A DNA stretch of 64,000 nucleotides from an archaeon (GTDB lineage: Archaea > Nanobdellota > Nanobdellia > Pacearchaeales > GW2011-AR1), in NCBI GenBank assembly GCA_009992215.1, contig JAACWB010000005.1, positions 16,676 through 80,675 of the forward strand, read 5' to 3'. The notes beneath the pieces were generated by a model, which saw only the letters and a program-made list of their open reading frames with translations, did not search any database and was not told the DNA's origin. The stretch's first letter is position 1. Every line of letters starts with the position of its first letter. Positions 28,888 through 39,124 of the stretch are shown here, piece after piece. Position numbers and translations under genes: made by a program.

Positions 28888-30372
28888 ATGAAAAAATATC
28901 CTAAACAAATTCAGGAAATGTATGATTCTTTAAATGAAAAACAGCGAAGATATACAAATTTGGAATTAGCTAATCCAAAGAATGGAGAATATATGCTTGC
29001 AGTTTATCACCTTATTCCAGGTGGAGATTTAAACATGTTACAAGCCGCTGCTGAAGTTGCTGCTGAATCTTCTACGGGTACAAATTTTACAGTAAAAACT
29101 GAAACTGATTTTTCACATGAGATGAATGCCTTAACTTACAAAGTTGATTTGAAAAATAATTTAGTTTGGATGGCTTTTCCTTGGAGACTTTTTGATAGAG
29201 GAGGAAATATCCAAAATATTTTAACATATATCGTTGGAAATGTCCTTGGAATGAAAGAAATTAATGCATTAAAACTTCTTGATCTTTGGTTTCCACCTTC
29301 AATGCTTGAACAATATGATGGGCCAAGTTATACGCTTGAAGATATGAAAAAATATCTTGGAATATCAAAGAAGAAAGATAGACCTGTACTTGGAACAATT
29401 ATTAAACCAAAAATGGGATTAACGTCTTCAGAATATGCAGAAGTATGTTATGACTTTTGGAAAGGCGGAGGAGATTTTGTAAAAAATGATGAGCCTCAAG
29501 CTAATCAAGATTTTTGCCCTTATGACAAAATGGTCAAATATGTAAAAGAAGCAATGGACAAAGCCGTTAAAGAAACAGGGAACAAAAAAGTTCACTCATT
29601 TAATGTTTCGGCTTCTGATTATGATACTATGATTGAAAGATGTGAGATGATTCGTGCTGCCGGATTTGAACCTGGAAGTTATGCATTTTTAATTGATGGA
29701 CTTACTGCTGGATGGATGGCAGTTCAAACTCTAAGACGTAAATATCCTGATGTGTTTATTCATTTTCATAGAGCAATGCATGGTGCATTTACTCGTCCTG
29801 AAAATCCAATTGGATTTAGTGTTTTAATTCTTTCAAAGTTTGCAAGACTTGCAGGAGTAAGTGGTATTCATACAGGAACTGCAGGGGTTGGAAAAATGAA
29901 AGGAAATGCAAACGATGATATAATTCCCGCACATAATATTTTGTCTCTTATCGGAGAGGGATATTTCTTTGAACAATCATGGGCAAGAGTACCAAAAACT
30001 GACAAAGATGTTATACGATTAGCAAAGGAAGACCATCTTCACCACGTGATTTTGAGTGATGATTCATGGAGAGGAATGAAAAAGTGTGCGCCTATAATTT
30101 CTGGTGGCCTTAATCCAACTAAATTAAAGCCGTTTATTGATTTGATGAAGAGTACTGACTTTATTACTACAATGGGTGCTGGAGTTCATGCTCATCCTGA
30201 TGGTACTCAAGCTGGTGCAAAAGCATTAGTTCAAGCGATGGAAGCATATAACAAAAATATTTCCATAGATGTTTATGCAAAGACACATCCTGAACTAAAA
30301 AAGGCGATTGAATTTTTTACAAAACCAAAGAAAGAAGTTAAAGCGGAAGAATCTGTTGAGAAAGCAGCTTGA
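28888..30372 (+). CDS. rbcL: RuBisCO large subunit, form II/III
   Basis: AAESSTGT, GTIIKPK, GGDFVKNDE, HFHRAMHG, GKM, ISGG; the ~29 aa insert ARVPKTDKDVIRLAKEDHLHHVILSDDSW matches the form II/III assembly insertion. Confidence 0.95.
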   Translation: MKKYPKQIQEMYDSLNEKQRRYTNLELANPKNGEYMLAVYHLIPGGDLNMLQAAAEVAAESSTGTNFTVKTETDFSHEMNALTYKVDLKNNLVWMAFPWRLFDRGGNIQNILTYIVGNVLGMKEINALKLLDLWFPPSMLEQYDGPSYTLEDMKKYLGISKKKDRPVLGTIIKPKMGLTSSEYAEVCYDFWKGGGDFVKNDEPQANQDFCPYDKMVKYVKEAMDKAVKETGNKKVHSFNVSASDYDTMIERCEMIRAAGFEPGSYAFLIDGLTAGWMAVQTLRRKYPDVFIHFHRAMHGAFTRPENPIGFSVLILSKFARLAGVSGIHTGTAGVGKMKGNANDDIIPAHNILSLIGEGYFFEQSWARVPKTDKDVIRLAKEDHLHHVILSDDSWRGMKKCAPIISGGLNPTKLKPFIDLMKSTDFITTMGAGVHAHPDGTQAGAKALVQAMEAYNKNISIDVYAKTHPELKKAIEFFTKPKKEVKAEESVEKAA

Positions 30373-30381
30373 TATTTTAAA

Positions 30382-30840
30382 ATGATATTTCAAAATAAAA
30401 AATATCGTTCGGGAGTTTTTTTTGTTGTTTACAAAATTGAAAAAGGTAAACCTATATTTTTGATTCAAAAAAGAAAACTTCATTGGAAAGGTTATGAATT
30501 TCCAAAGGCAGGAATTGAAAAAGGAGAAAGACCAATTAATACAGTTAGAAGAGAAGTTTTTGAAGAAACTGGTTTAGCGATAAAAAAAATAAAGAATCAT
30601 CATAAGAGAGGAAAATATTTTTATAAAAAAATCTTTGAAGATAGACCAAAAATTATTGGACAAACTTGGAAACTTTATTCGGTTGAAGTTTTGGATGGTA
30701 AAATAAAAATTGATGAGAAAGAACATTATTCTGCACAGTGGTTAGATTACAAAGAGGCTAGAAAAAAAATTAGTTTTGAAAACCAAAAAGAGTGTTTAGA
30801 TATTGTTTACAATTGGTTAATGAAAAAGCTTAAATATTAA
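30382..30840 (+). CDS. NUDIX hydrolase
   Basis: Nudix box PKAGIEKGE...VRREVFEETGL. Confidence 0.92.
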   Translation: MIFQNKKYRSGVFFVVYKIEKGKPIFLIQKRKLHWKGYEFPKAGIEKGERPINTVRREVFEETGLAIKKIKNHHKRGKYFYKKIFEDRPKIIGQTWKLYSVEVLDGKIKIDEKEHYSAQWLDYKEARKKISFENQKECLDIVYNWLMKKLKY

Positions 30841-30858
30841 TTAATACCAATAAATATC

Positions 30859-31101
30859 ATGACAGAACAGATTAATTTGAGGCTTTCAGATGAAATTATT
30901 TCAAGAGCGAAAAAATTCGCAGAGAAAAATGGTTTTAGTAATATTCAGGAACTCATTAAAGAAACCCTAAGAGAAAAATTATTTGAGAAAGAAAATATTG
31001 GGGGAATTTTTACCTATTCTGCCTCTGAAAAGTCACTTTCAAAATATTGGATGACTAAAGAGGAGGACAGTGCATGGAATCATTTGCAAAAGGAGATGTA
31101 G
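30859..31101 (+). CDS. Putative antitoxin (ribbon-helix-helix)
   Basis: QINLRL N-terminus; ASEKSLSKYWMTKEEDSAW tail; overlaps the toxin gene. Confidence 0.75.
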   Translation: MTEQINLRLSDEIISRAKKFAEKNGFSNIQELIKETLREKLFEKENIGGIFTYSASEKSLSKYWMTKEEDSAWNHLQKEM

Positions 31102-31412
31102 TCTTGTTTCCTTTTCCATTTACAAACTTAACAAATAGAAAATTAAGGCCTTCACTTGTTTTATCTGACGAAATGGATGAAGACATTATTTTATGTCAAA
31201 TAACTTCAAAATATACCCGAAAAGATAAATTCTCAATTTTACTTAATAAAAATGAAACATTAAATGGGAGTTTGATGATTGACAGCCTTATTAGAACTAA
31301 TATGTTATTTACTGCTTCAAAAAATCAAATTGTAAAAAAAGTCTGTAAACTTGACAAAGATAAATATAACTTGGTTGTTGAGAAGATTTATCAAATAATC
31401 AAAGTTCTTTGA
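31074..31412 (+). CDS. PemK/MazF family toxin
   Basis: KGDVVLFPFPFTN...KLRPSLVLS...CQITS. Confidence 0.9.
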   Translation: MESFAKGDVVLFPFPFTNLTNRKLRPSLVLSDEMDEDIILCQITSKYTRKDKFSILLNKNETLNGSLMIDSLIRTNMLFTASKNQIVKKVCKLDKDKYNLVVEKIYQIIKVL

Positions 31413-31457
31413 TAGTTTAATGAAAGCCCTTAAAAAATAAAGAATCTTGTTTTTATT

Positions 31458-32834
31458 ATGAATTTTGGAGAAGAAATTAGAGAGGAAGAGAATTTGGTAA
31501 AGACTGTTTTTAGAAAATTTAAGACAAAAGATTTTTCTGGTACGACTGGTCAAGCGATGAAAAATTCAACTTATCAATTAACTCAAAACATAATTTTTAA
31601 ATTTGGAAGTTTGGCGTTTACAATTATTATTGCTAGATTACTTCTTCCGGATAGGATGGGGTTATATAATTTGGCTCTTGCAACAATTGTTTTGTTTTCT
31701 AGTTTTAGTGACCTTGGAATTAGTTCGGCGTTAATTACTTTTGGTGCGAAAATGGTTGGACTCAAAAGACAAGGAAAAGCTAAAGGATATTTGAAAAAAT
31801 TATTCAAATGGAAACTAAGGTTAGTGTTTATTACATCAGGAATATTAATCGCTTCTGCTTATTTTATTAGTGAATATTATTATCAAAAGCCAATTTTTTA
31901 TGCACTGTTGGTTGGTGCACTCTATATACCAATTGTTGGATTAATTGGATTTATTGAACAAATATTTAAAGTTGAAGAAAACTTTAGAGTTCCTTTGTAT
32001 AAAGAAATCCTTTTTCAAATTTCAAGATTAATTATTGTTCCTGCGGGAATTTTGTTTTTCTTAAAATTTGGACTCTCAGAGAGAGGAATGGTTTTTATGA
32101 CCCTCCTTTTATTTGTGTCAGCTTATGCTGTAACTTTGTTATTCCTTGCCATTAAAGGTAGAAAGCAAATTAGATTTTTAGATGCTAAAACTGAAGAGCT
32201 TGAATTTGGTGAAATTGTTGATTTGAAAAAATTTATTTATCCTTTAACTGCGACGGCGATGGCTGGATTATTTTTTGGGTACATTGATACTTTGATGCTT
32301 GGGCATTTTGTTAGTGGGAGTTTTATTGCTTATTATGGTGCAGCGTTTAGTCTTGTTGGAGGAGCAAGTGCAATTATTGGTTTTATTTCTCTCGCGGTTT
32401 TACCAATTTTTGCAAAGAAGAATGGAAAAGCTCTTGAGGGAATTTTTAGAAAAAGTCGGGATATGACAATTTTTCTTTCTTTACTTGCTGGAGTTTTCAC
32501 TTATTTTGTTGCTTATTACGTTGTTAAATTTGCATATGGAGTAGAATATTTGAATACTGTTCCAATTCTTAAATATTTTAGTATACTTGTTGTTTTACTT
32601 CCGATAATTGGAATTTATGAAGGATATTTTACTACGCAAAAGAAAACTAAAAAACTGGCAACCCTTCTTGTTACTAGTGCTATTTTAAATATTATTTTTA
32701 ACGTTTTTGGAATACTTTACGGACTCAAAGTTGCTGGAGAAATGGGTGCTGTATTTGGTGCTGTATTTGCAACAATTCTTAGCAGATTTATTTATTTGGT
32801 TGGACTCGTGAGGTTTAGACGTAAGGGCGTGTAA
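31458..32834 (+). CDS. Oligosaccharide flippase (MOP/Wzx family)
   Basis: IARLL...GLY, SDLGI, IDTLMLG, YYGAA; about 12 transmembrane segments. Confidence 0.9.
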   Translation: MNFGEEIREEENLVKTVFRKFKTKDFSGTTGQAMKNSTYQLTQNIIFKFGSLAFTIIIARLLLPDRMGLYNLALATIVLFSSFSDLGISSALITFGAKMVGLKRQGKAKGYLKKLFKWKLRLVFITSGILIASAYFISEYYYQKPIFYALLVGALYIPIVGLIGFIEQIFKVEENFRVPLYKEILFQISRLIIVPAGILFFLKFGLSERGMVFMTLLLFVSAYAVTLLFLAIKGRKQIRFLDAKTEELEFGEIVDLKKFIYPLTATAMAGLFFGYIDTLMLGHFVSGSFIAYYGAAFSLVGGASAIIGFISLAVLPIFAKKNGKALEGIFRKSRDMTIFLSLLAGVFTYFVAYYVVKFAYGVEYLNTVPILKYFSILVVLLPIIGIYEGYFTTQKKTKKLATLLVTSAILNIIFNVFGILYGLKVAGEMGAVFGAVFATILSRFIYLVGLVRFRRKGV

Positions 32835-32837
32835 AAG

Positions 32838-33503
32838 TTATTTAGATAAGGGATTATTTTTTGATAGGAAGAAAAATCCATTTCCCTTCTCATAATGTGC
32901 CCAATTATCTTTCATGCCATTTACTAAATAAGAAAACCTATCTACTTTCCAATTTTCACTTTCAAATTTATTCTCCCACCATTCTCTTGGTTCTCTTAAA
33001 ACATGAGTTACATCATCTTCATATTGTGGGACAATATATTTTTTTCCATCACCAAGGGGAACAACAACAAATATATTTTCCGCTTTTTCTTTAGCATCTC
33101 TCAAAACTTTTTCAAGTTGATTTTCTGACAAATGTTCAAAGACATCTTTGGCAACAATCCATTTAAATTTAAAATTATAAGGAATTTTTCCATCTTCCAT
33201 TAATGAACAATATTCCTTTACTTCTTTATCAACATTATCAATTGCGTACTTTGATATATCACAACCCCAAGCATCAATATCTAAAATTCTAAAAGCTTTT
33301 GTCACAAAGCCTTTTGCACATCCATAATCCAAAATTTTGTCCCCTTCTCTTAAATTTAGTTCTTTAATAATTTTGTGTGCAAATTTTATTGTTCTCTCTG
33401 GCATCCAATGATAATCTTGATATCCCGATTTTCCTGAAGATATTCCTCTTTCAAAATATTCTTCATCATACTCTTCTGGATTAACCCTTTTATTCTTTGT
33501 CAT
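32838..33503 (-). CDS. Class I SAM-dependent methyltransferase
   Basis: ILDYGCAKG, GCDIS, DVFEHL. Confidence 0.9.
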   Translation of the reverse strand: MTKNKRVNPEEYDEEYFERGISSGKSGYQDYHWMPERTIKFAHKIIKELNLREGDKILDYGCAKGFVTKAFRILDIDAWGCDISKYAIDNVDKEVKEYCSLMEDGKIPYNFKFKWIVAKDVFEHLSENQLEKVLRDAKEKAENIFVVVPLGDGKKYIVPQYEDDVTHVLREPREWWENKFESENWKVDRFSYLVNGMKDNWAHYEKGNGFFFLSKNNPLSK

Positions 33504-33504
33504 T

Positions 33505-34497
33505 TTATATAAAATTTTTGTGAATTATTTCTCCACTATTAAAATTTTTAATTTTTCCATCTAAGATATTTTCCAAAAGATTGTTTTGCCTTTCAAACAC
33601 GCAATTTGGACAAGAAACTTTTGGATTTACCAAAGAATAGACTGGTTTCTCATATAGTTTTCCTATGTCTTTTGCTGAAGAAATTATAAATTCTTTTTTG
33701 AATTGTTGATTTTCATGGTCATTTAAAACTAAAGAATCACAAGGATAAACATTTCCATCACAATACAAAACAGGATGGAAAAAGCCAAGATAACAATTTT
33801 TTGGAGAAGATGGAACTTTGTATTGATGAAAAAGAGGTTGACCTAACTCTTCGACCAATTTATTTACTTTTATATGATCTTCTTCTAACTTATCCCCTGG
33901 CTGAGCACAATCTGGAAGAACCCTTACATATTTTATATTATTTTTTATTGCTAAATCTTTTATCTCTTCTAAAGACTCTTTTGTTGTTAATGGGTTTGTT
34001 ACATAACTAAATCCAATAATTGGATTTTTTGCTTTAGGAATAATCACCTTCCCCCCATTTTCCAAAGAATTTATAGATATTCTTATCCAAGAAAAATTTT
34101 CATAAAATTCATCTGGAAATTTTTTAAGGAGCGTCCCATTAGTAATCATGCCTATTTCTAAATTTTTTGAACTAAGATAATTTATTAGAGGTTCAAATTC
34201 TTTATATATCATAGGTTCTCCCCCGCCACTTAATATTATAGATTTTAATCCTTTCTTAGATAATTCATCTACAACGGGTTTAATTTCTCCTTCTAAACTT
34301 AGGTTCTCATGATTCTCCCTATCTTTAACCGAGCAAAAATTACATCTTAAATTACAATTACTTGTTGGCATAATATGCATAACTATTGGAGTTGCAATTC
34401 CTGTTTCTTGAAATTTCTTCATGGCTTCTGGGTGATACAATAACTTCTCTCCCGTTGAAGTGAAAACTCTTTCTTTATCGGATAGATTGTGTTTCAT
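33505..34497 (-). CDS. Radical SAM protein with a SPASM/twitch-like C-terminus
   Basis: CNLRCNFC, SGGGEP, ITNG; C-terminal CY...DGNVYPC...CPNC. Confidence 0.92.
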   Translation of the reverse strand: MKHNLSDKERVFTSTGEKLLYHPEAMKKFQETGIATPIVMHIMPTSNCNLRCNFCSVKDRENHENLSLEGEIKPVVDELSKKGLKSIILSGGGEPMIYKEFEPLINYLSSKNLEIGMITNGTLLKKFPDEFYENFSWIRISINSLENGGKVIIPKAKNPIIGFSYVTNPLTTKESLEEIKDLAIKNNIKYVRVLPDCAQPGDKLEEDHIKVNKLVEELGQPLFHQYKVPSSPKNCYLGFFHPVLYCDGNVYPCDSLVLNDHENQQFKKEFIISSAKDIGKLYEKPVYSLVNPKVSCPNCVFERQNNLLENILDGKIKNFNSGEIIHKNFI

Positions 34498-34571
34498 GAA
34501 AAAGGAACAATTAATTCCTTTATATTGTTTATTATAATCAAATTAATAAAAGAAAAATTCATTAAATCCAT

Positions 34572-35432
34572 ATGAAACGAGGAATCTCCGCTATAATGAT
34601 TTTATACAATGATGGAGAAATAGTCAGAAAGGCTTTGGAAAGCATAAAGGATATTGCAAATGAAATCCTGATTGTTCACGATGGCCAATGTAAAAATAAT
34701 ACTTTAGAGATTTGTAAAGAATATACCGAAAAAATATTTATTCGGGAACATAAAGGCTGTTGTGAATTTCATCAAGCTTTTTTATATAGAAAAAGCCAAT
34801 ATGAATGGATACTAAAAATTGATGCAGACGAATATCTTCCAGAAGATTTACAAAAAAATATTAAAAAATTAATAAAAGATAAAAATATAGATGGATATTC
34901 TTTTCTTTGGCCTTATTGGGAGAAAGGCGTATATTTAACAAAAAAATGGCCAAGAAAAATGAATCTTTACAGAAAATCAAAAATATCTTATCTTGGTTTT
35001 CCAAATTGGGGAGAACCAAAAGTCAGGGGAAAAATTGCCCTTTCTAACTTCAGGCTCGGACATCATCACCATAGTGGAGATCCTACTAAATGGAAAACAT
35101 TCATAAATAAGGATATAAAATGGATTACTTTTTTACAAGCGGAAAATTATTTAAAGAAATTTAATGAATTTGATAACTTTCAATATCATGAAAATGAATT
35201 TCCAAAATATGTGCAAATAAGAAATAAATATCCTTTATTAACGTCCCCTTTATTTTCTATTGTTGCTTTATTGGGTTCTCTTGCTTCGATAAATTCAAAA
35301 GATATCAAAGTTATTTTAAAATCAGCTATACTCAATTTTGTTAGGTATTTTTATTTAGGATACTATTTATATAAATTAAAAAATAATAAAAACTTTGTCC
35401 CTTCAAAAACATCTTGTTCGATTAATCATTAA
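34572..35432 (+). CDS. Glycosyltransferase family 2
   Basis: ISAIMILYN, WILKIDADE. Confidence 0.85.
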   Translation: MKRGISAIMILYNDGEIVRKALESIKDIANEILIVHDGQCKNNTLEICKEYTEKIFIREHKGCCEFHQAFLYRKSQYEWILKIDADEYLPEDLQKNIKKLIKDKNIDGYSFLWPYWEKGVYLTKKWPRKMNLYRKSKISYLGFPNWGEPKVRGKIALSNFRLGHHHHSGDPTKWKTFINKDIKWITFLQAENYLKKFNEFDNFQYHENEFPKYVQIRNKYPLLTSPLFSIVALLGSLASINSKDIKVILKSAILNFVRYFYLGYYLYKLKNNKNFVPSKTSCSINH

Positions 35433-35488
35433 AAACACTTATTGTGTAAACTAAAAATCTTTATAACCTCCCAACCTCTAAAATTTTA

Positions 35489-36442
35489 ATGATTTGCCCC
35501 ATATGCGAAAATACAAAAATATATTTGAAAGGAAAAGATTTCCCTGGATTTATTGAAAACAATAAATTCGATATCTTTGAATGCGACAAATGCAATACCT
35601 CATTTATAGACCCAACAAAAATTGATAAAAAAGTTTACGATATAATTTATAATAATAAAAAATCTCCTGGATATGATAGATATCTCAATTATCTCGAAAG
35701 AATAAAAAAAGAAAAAAATCCCTTAAAATTTTTAGCAAATCAAGAACCTTCATATTTTCCAATATATGATTTTATAAAAAATATAAAAAAAGAGTTAGAT
35801 ATTTTGGAAATCGGATGCGGATATGGATATACCTCTTATGCCCTATCTAAATTTAAACATAATATTACCGCAATAGATTTATCTAAAAATGCTATAGAAT
35901 TGGCAAAAAAACATTTTAAAAATATAAAATTTCTAAATGTGGACATATTGAAAATTAAACATCAAAAAAAATATGATTTAATCATTGCTACAGAATTAAT
36001 AGAACACTTAGAAGATGTTCCTTCCTTTATAAAAAAATGTTCCACTTTGTTAAAAAACAAGGGATATATAATTTTAAGCACCCCAAACAAGGATTTTTGG
36101 AAAAATAAAATATGGCAAACTGACCTTCCCCCAGTACATGCCACTTGGCTATCAAAAAAAACTTTTTACACTTTGGCAAAAAATAATAATTTAAGAGTTA
36201 AATTCACTTCCTTTAATCAATATTATGGTAGAGAAATTGATAAATTTCTCTCAATCTTTATCAAAACCAAAAATCCCAACTCTATATTAAAAAATAATGG
36301 GGATCCAATTTATATTAATAAAAAAAGTTCAAAAATTTTAAAAGAGATACTATTGTTTTTCCCTTTGAGATTTCTATTAAAAAAGATTGCAAATTTAATA
36401 AAAAAAGAAGATCAAATCCTCGGAATAATACTAAAAAAATAA
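35489..36442 (+). CDS. Class I SAM-dependent methyltransferase with N-terminal zinc ribbon
   Basis: CPIC...CDKC, LEIGCGYG, ELIEHL, STPN, PPVH. Confidence 0.88.
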   Translation: MICPICENTKIYLKGKDFPGFIENNKFDIFECDKCNTSFIDPTKIDKKVYDIIYNNKKSPGYDRYLNYLERIKKEKNPLKFLANQEPSYFPIYDFIKNIKKELDILEIGCGYGYTSYALSKFKHNITAIDLSKNAIELAKKHFKNIKFLNVDILKIKHQKKYDLIIATELIEHLEDVPSFIKKCSTLLKNKGYIILSTPNKDFWKNKIWQTDLPPVHATWLSKKTFYTLAKNNNLRVKFTSFNQYYGREIDKFLSIFIKTKNPNSILKNNGDPIYINKKSSKILKEILLFFPLRFLLKKIANLIKKEDQILGIILKK

Positions 36443-37057
36443 TTAATCCTTTCTTATCTCCATTACCAAAGTTTGATTAAAAAAACTTTTATTTTTGAAT
36501 GGAAAATAATTTGCCCACCTAAATTCGGGAAAATCTGTAACGTATGAAATCCTATTTATCTTCACCCCAAAGGGAATTACTTTACTAAAAGATTTTAATG
36601 TCCAATGGTGCAAATGTGGCGTCAATTCAATTGGGGGATTTTCTAATTTTGGAAAAAGTTTGTAAAGAAAAAAATTAAGATTTGGAATTGAAATAATACA
36701 TTTATCAGTATGTTTAAATGCTTGATTAAGAATTTCTTTTGGATTTTCTAAATGTTCAATTACATCTGCAAAAATTATATAATCAAATTTTTCTTTGAAA
36801 GGAAAATTATTTTTTCCAGGACTAACCTTTACATAATTAAAATTTTTATGTTTTAATTTAGAATCTTCAATTAAATCACAACCTGTAACCAAAGCATTAC
36901 TTTTTTCAATTAATATTTTTGATAAATCTCCTTGCCAACAACCAAAATCTAAAACCTTCTTATTTTTTTCTAACATCTCTGCAATTTTATAATATTTAGG
37001 CAAAGGTTTAGTGTTATCAATTAATTTTCTTCTAATGTTTCTTAATAATTTTTTCAT
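36443..37057 (-). CDS. Class I SAM-dependent methyltransferase
   Basis: VLDFGCWQG, DVIEHL, SIPN, HLHHW. Confidence 0.88.
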   Translation of the reverse strand: MKKLLRNIRRKLIDNTKPLPKYYKIAEMLEKNKKVLDFGCWQGDLSKILIEKSNALVTGCDLIEDSKLKHKNFNYVKVSPGKNNFPFKEKFDYIIFADVIEHLENPKEILNQAFKHTDKCIISIPNLNFFLYKLFPKLENPPIELTPHLHHWTLKSFSKVIPFGVKINRISYVTDFPEFRWANYFPFKNKSFFNQTLVMEIRKD

Positions 37058-37737
37058 TCTTTTCTCCGATATTTTTGTTTTCCACTAAAAAAAGCTTTTA
37101 GAAAATATTTTCCATAAGATAAAGGATATCTAAAGCACATTAAGATTGCTTTAAACCACTTCGGGTTTTTAATTCCCCACACTCTAAATAAAGTCCCATT
37201 TATACTCCCATTTTGTTTTCTTTTTTCTATACTGAAACTTCCTTTATAGAAAGGATGAGAATGTAAAAAAAGTGTATTTACTGGAAGAACTTTACCAATT
37301 TTTTTTAATTTCAACCAAATATCAATATCCTCTCCTCCAGTAAAAAAAGTTTTTTCATCAAACATTCCGACTTTTTTTAAAGCAGATTTTCTGAACGCGG
37401 TAAATTTTCCGTCTGGAACATGGGGATAAAATAATTCTTTTGTATCTTCTTGTAATATTTTAGAATATGTCATAACCACTTTTTCCTCTTTAAAAGGTTT
37501 AACCAATTTTTTTATCGAATCTTTTTCAAGAGGAATACAATCTTGGTGGATAGTAATAAGAATTTCTCCCCTAGATTTTTTTATTCCTTCATTGTATGCA
37601 TTTGCTAAACCCTTTGTTCCTTCAATTTCAATTATTTCAATTGCCTTCGCATTTTCCTTAATATATTCTTTTAATCTATCAAATATTTCTTTATTTGGTT
37701 TATATTTTGGAATTATTATTGATATTTTCTTCATCAT
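37054..37737 (-). CDS. Glycosyltransferase family 2
   Basis: ISIIIP, AYNEG, HQD, GGEDID. Confidence 0.85.
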   Translation of the reverse strand: MMKKISIIIPKYKPNKEIFDRLKEYIKENAKAIEIIEIEGTKGLANAYNEGIKKSRGEILITIHQDCIPLEKDSIKKLVKPFKEEKVVMTYSKILQEDTKELFYPHVPDGKFTAFRKSALKKVGMFDEKTFFTGGEDIDIWLKLKKIGKVLPVNTLFLHSHPFYKGSFSIEKRKQNGSINGTLFRVWGIKNPKWFKAILMCFRYPLSYGKYFLKAFFSGKQKYRRKE

Positions 37738-38507
37738 AAAATCTCCCCACACAATAATGTTTTTTTATTATTTACTATCTTAATTACTTCTTCAAGTAAT
37801 TTAATTCCCTTAATTCCTTCAAAATCAGAATGAAAATATAAATTCACATATTCTTTTTTCATTTCTTTTTCATATATATTTAAAATTTCTTCTTTATTTT
37901 TACCATCATTCAATAATTCTTCAATAGTTTTGTTAAACGAAAGGGGAATTATCTTCAAGCCATACTCAAAATAAACTTTATTTTTTGGTCCAGAAATTGA
38001 AATATACTCAAACCCTTCTTTTTTTAAGATATTAATAATTTTACTATTATATTTCCATGTCGGTGGGGCAAATCCAATTGGATTTTTGTTAAAAATTTTA
38101 AAATAAGCTTTTTTCATTTTTAATATTTCTTTTGTGTGATTAATATTTTCAAAATTCTTTGACCACAATAAATGGCTCCAACAATGAGGTTCCACTTCAT
38201 GCCCCCTAATTTTTATATCTTTTAAAATTCTTGAATATTTGTTTCCCAATTTTCTATTCAAAAAAAGAATTTCAATTAATTGCCTTTTATTATATCTGGA
38301 AAAAATTTTTGAATCAGTTTTCGAAATTTTATTTTTTTTTCTATATTTTAAAATTTGAAAAAGATTTGCTTCTTTACCCATGTTTACAAAAAAAGTTGCT
38401 TTAATACCATAATTATCAAAAAGATTTAATAAATTTGGTACTCCTTTCACCAATCCATAATACCCGTCCACATGTATTGAAATACTAAAAGTCATCTTCT
38501 TCTCCAA
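37734..38507 (-). CDS. Polysaccharide deacetylase family protein
   Basis: IKATFFV, GHEVEPHCWSH, GFAPP. Confidence 0.85.
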   Translation of the reverse strand: MEKKMTFSISIHVDGYYGLVKGVPNLLNLFDNYGIKATFFVNMGKEANLFQILKYRKKNKISKTDSKIFSRYNKRQLIEILFLNRKLGNKYSRILKDIKIRGHEVEPHCWSHLLWSKNFENINHTKEILKMKKAYFKIFNKNPIGFAPPTWKYNSKIINILKKEGFEYISISGPKNKVYFEYGLKIIPLSFNKTIEELLNDGKNKEEILNIYEKEMKKEYVNLYFHSDFEGIKGIKLLEEVIKIVNNKKTLLCGEIL

Positions 38508-39124
38508 ATTTTCACAAATTTAGCCCAATATCTTTTCAGTTTAGGAGATCTTTTGCAAAGGAGTTCAACATTTCCCATTTGCAAAGCAGCTTTAATGTCT
38601 TCTATGTTTTTTGATTTTGAATCTATTAGGGTGATTCCATTTCCTATCTCAAAAAGAAAATGTGCGTCACTTCCAGCGATTCCAGGTTTTTTTATTTTAT
38701 TTGCTAACATTTTTGCCATTTCATTTCCTGAATTTCCCACTCTAGAATTAAAAATTTCAATCAAATCTATAGAGTTTAATACTTCATCAGTCAAAATATG
38801 ATGTATAGAGGGATGAGGAATTACTGCAATGCCTTTTTGTTTTTTTATCTCTTTTATTACTTCAAAAAATTTTTTTGTCTCAATTTTTTTTGTCAAAAAA
38901 AGACCAATTATATCTCCATATTCTGTGTCAATTTCCTCTCCACAAATGACAATTAACTCCTTGGATAAATTTTTTAGTTTTTCTCCCCCAAGAAATTCCT
39001 CGTGATCAGTAATTGCTAAAATATCTATTTTTTCTTTTTTAGCTTTTTTTAGAATTTTATTTATTTTTGATTTTGAATCAAATGAAAATTCTGAATGTAC
39101 ATGTAAATCTGCTCTTAATTTCAT
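38492..39124 (-). CDS. PHP-domain phosphoesterase
   Basis: DLHVHS, AITDH, PHP, GSDAH. Confidence 0.92.
   Translation of the reverse strand: MKLRADLHVHSEFSFDSKSKINKILKKAKKEKIDILAITDHEEFLGGEKLKNLSKELIVICGEEIDTEYGDIIGLFLTKKIETKKFFEVIKEIKKQKGIAVIPHPSIHHILTDEVLNSIDLIEIFNSRVGNSGNEMAKMLANKIKKPGIAGSDAHFLFEIGNGITLIDSKSKNIEDIKAALQMGNVELLCKRSPKLKRYWAKFVKIWRRR

Noticed and set aside
28888..30372. Autotrophic CO2 fixation by RuBisCO
   Set aside because: No phosphoribulokinase or small subunit in the window; AMP phosphorylase points to nucleoside salvage.
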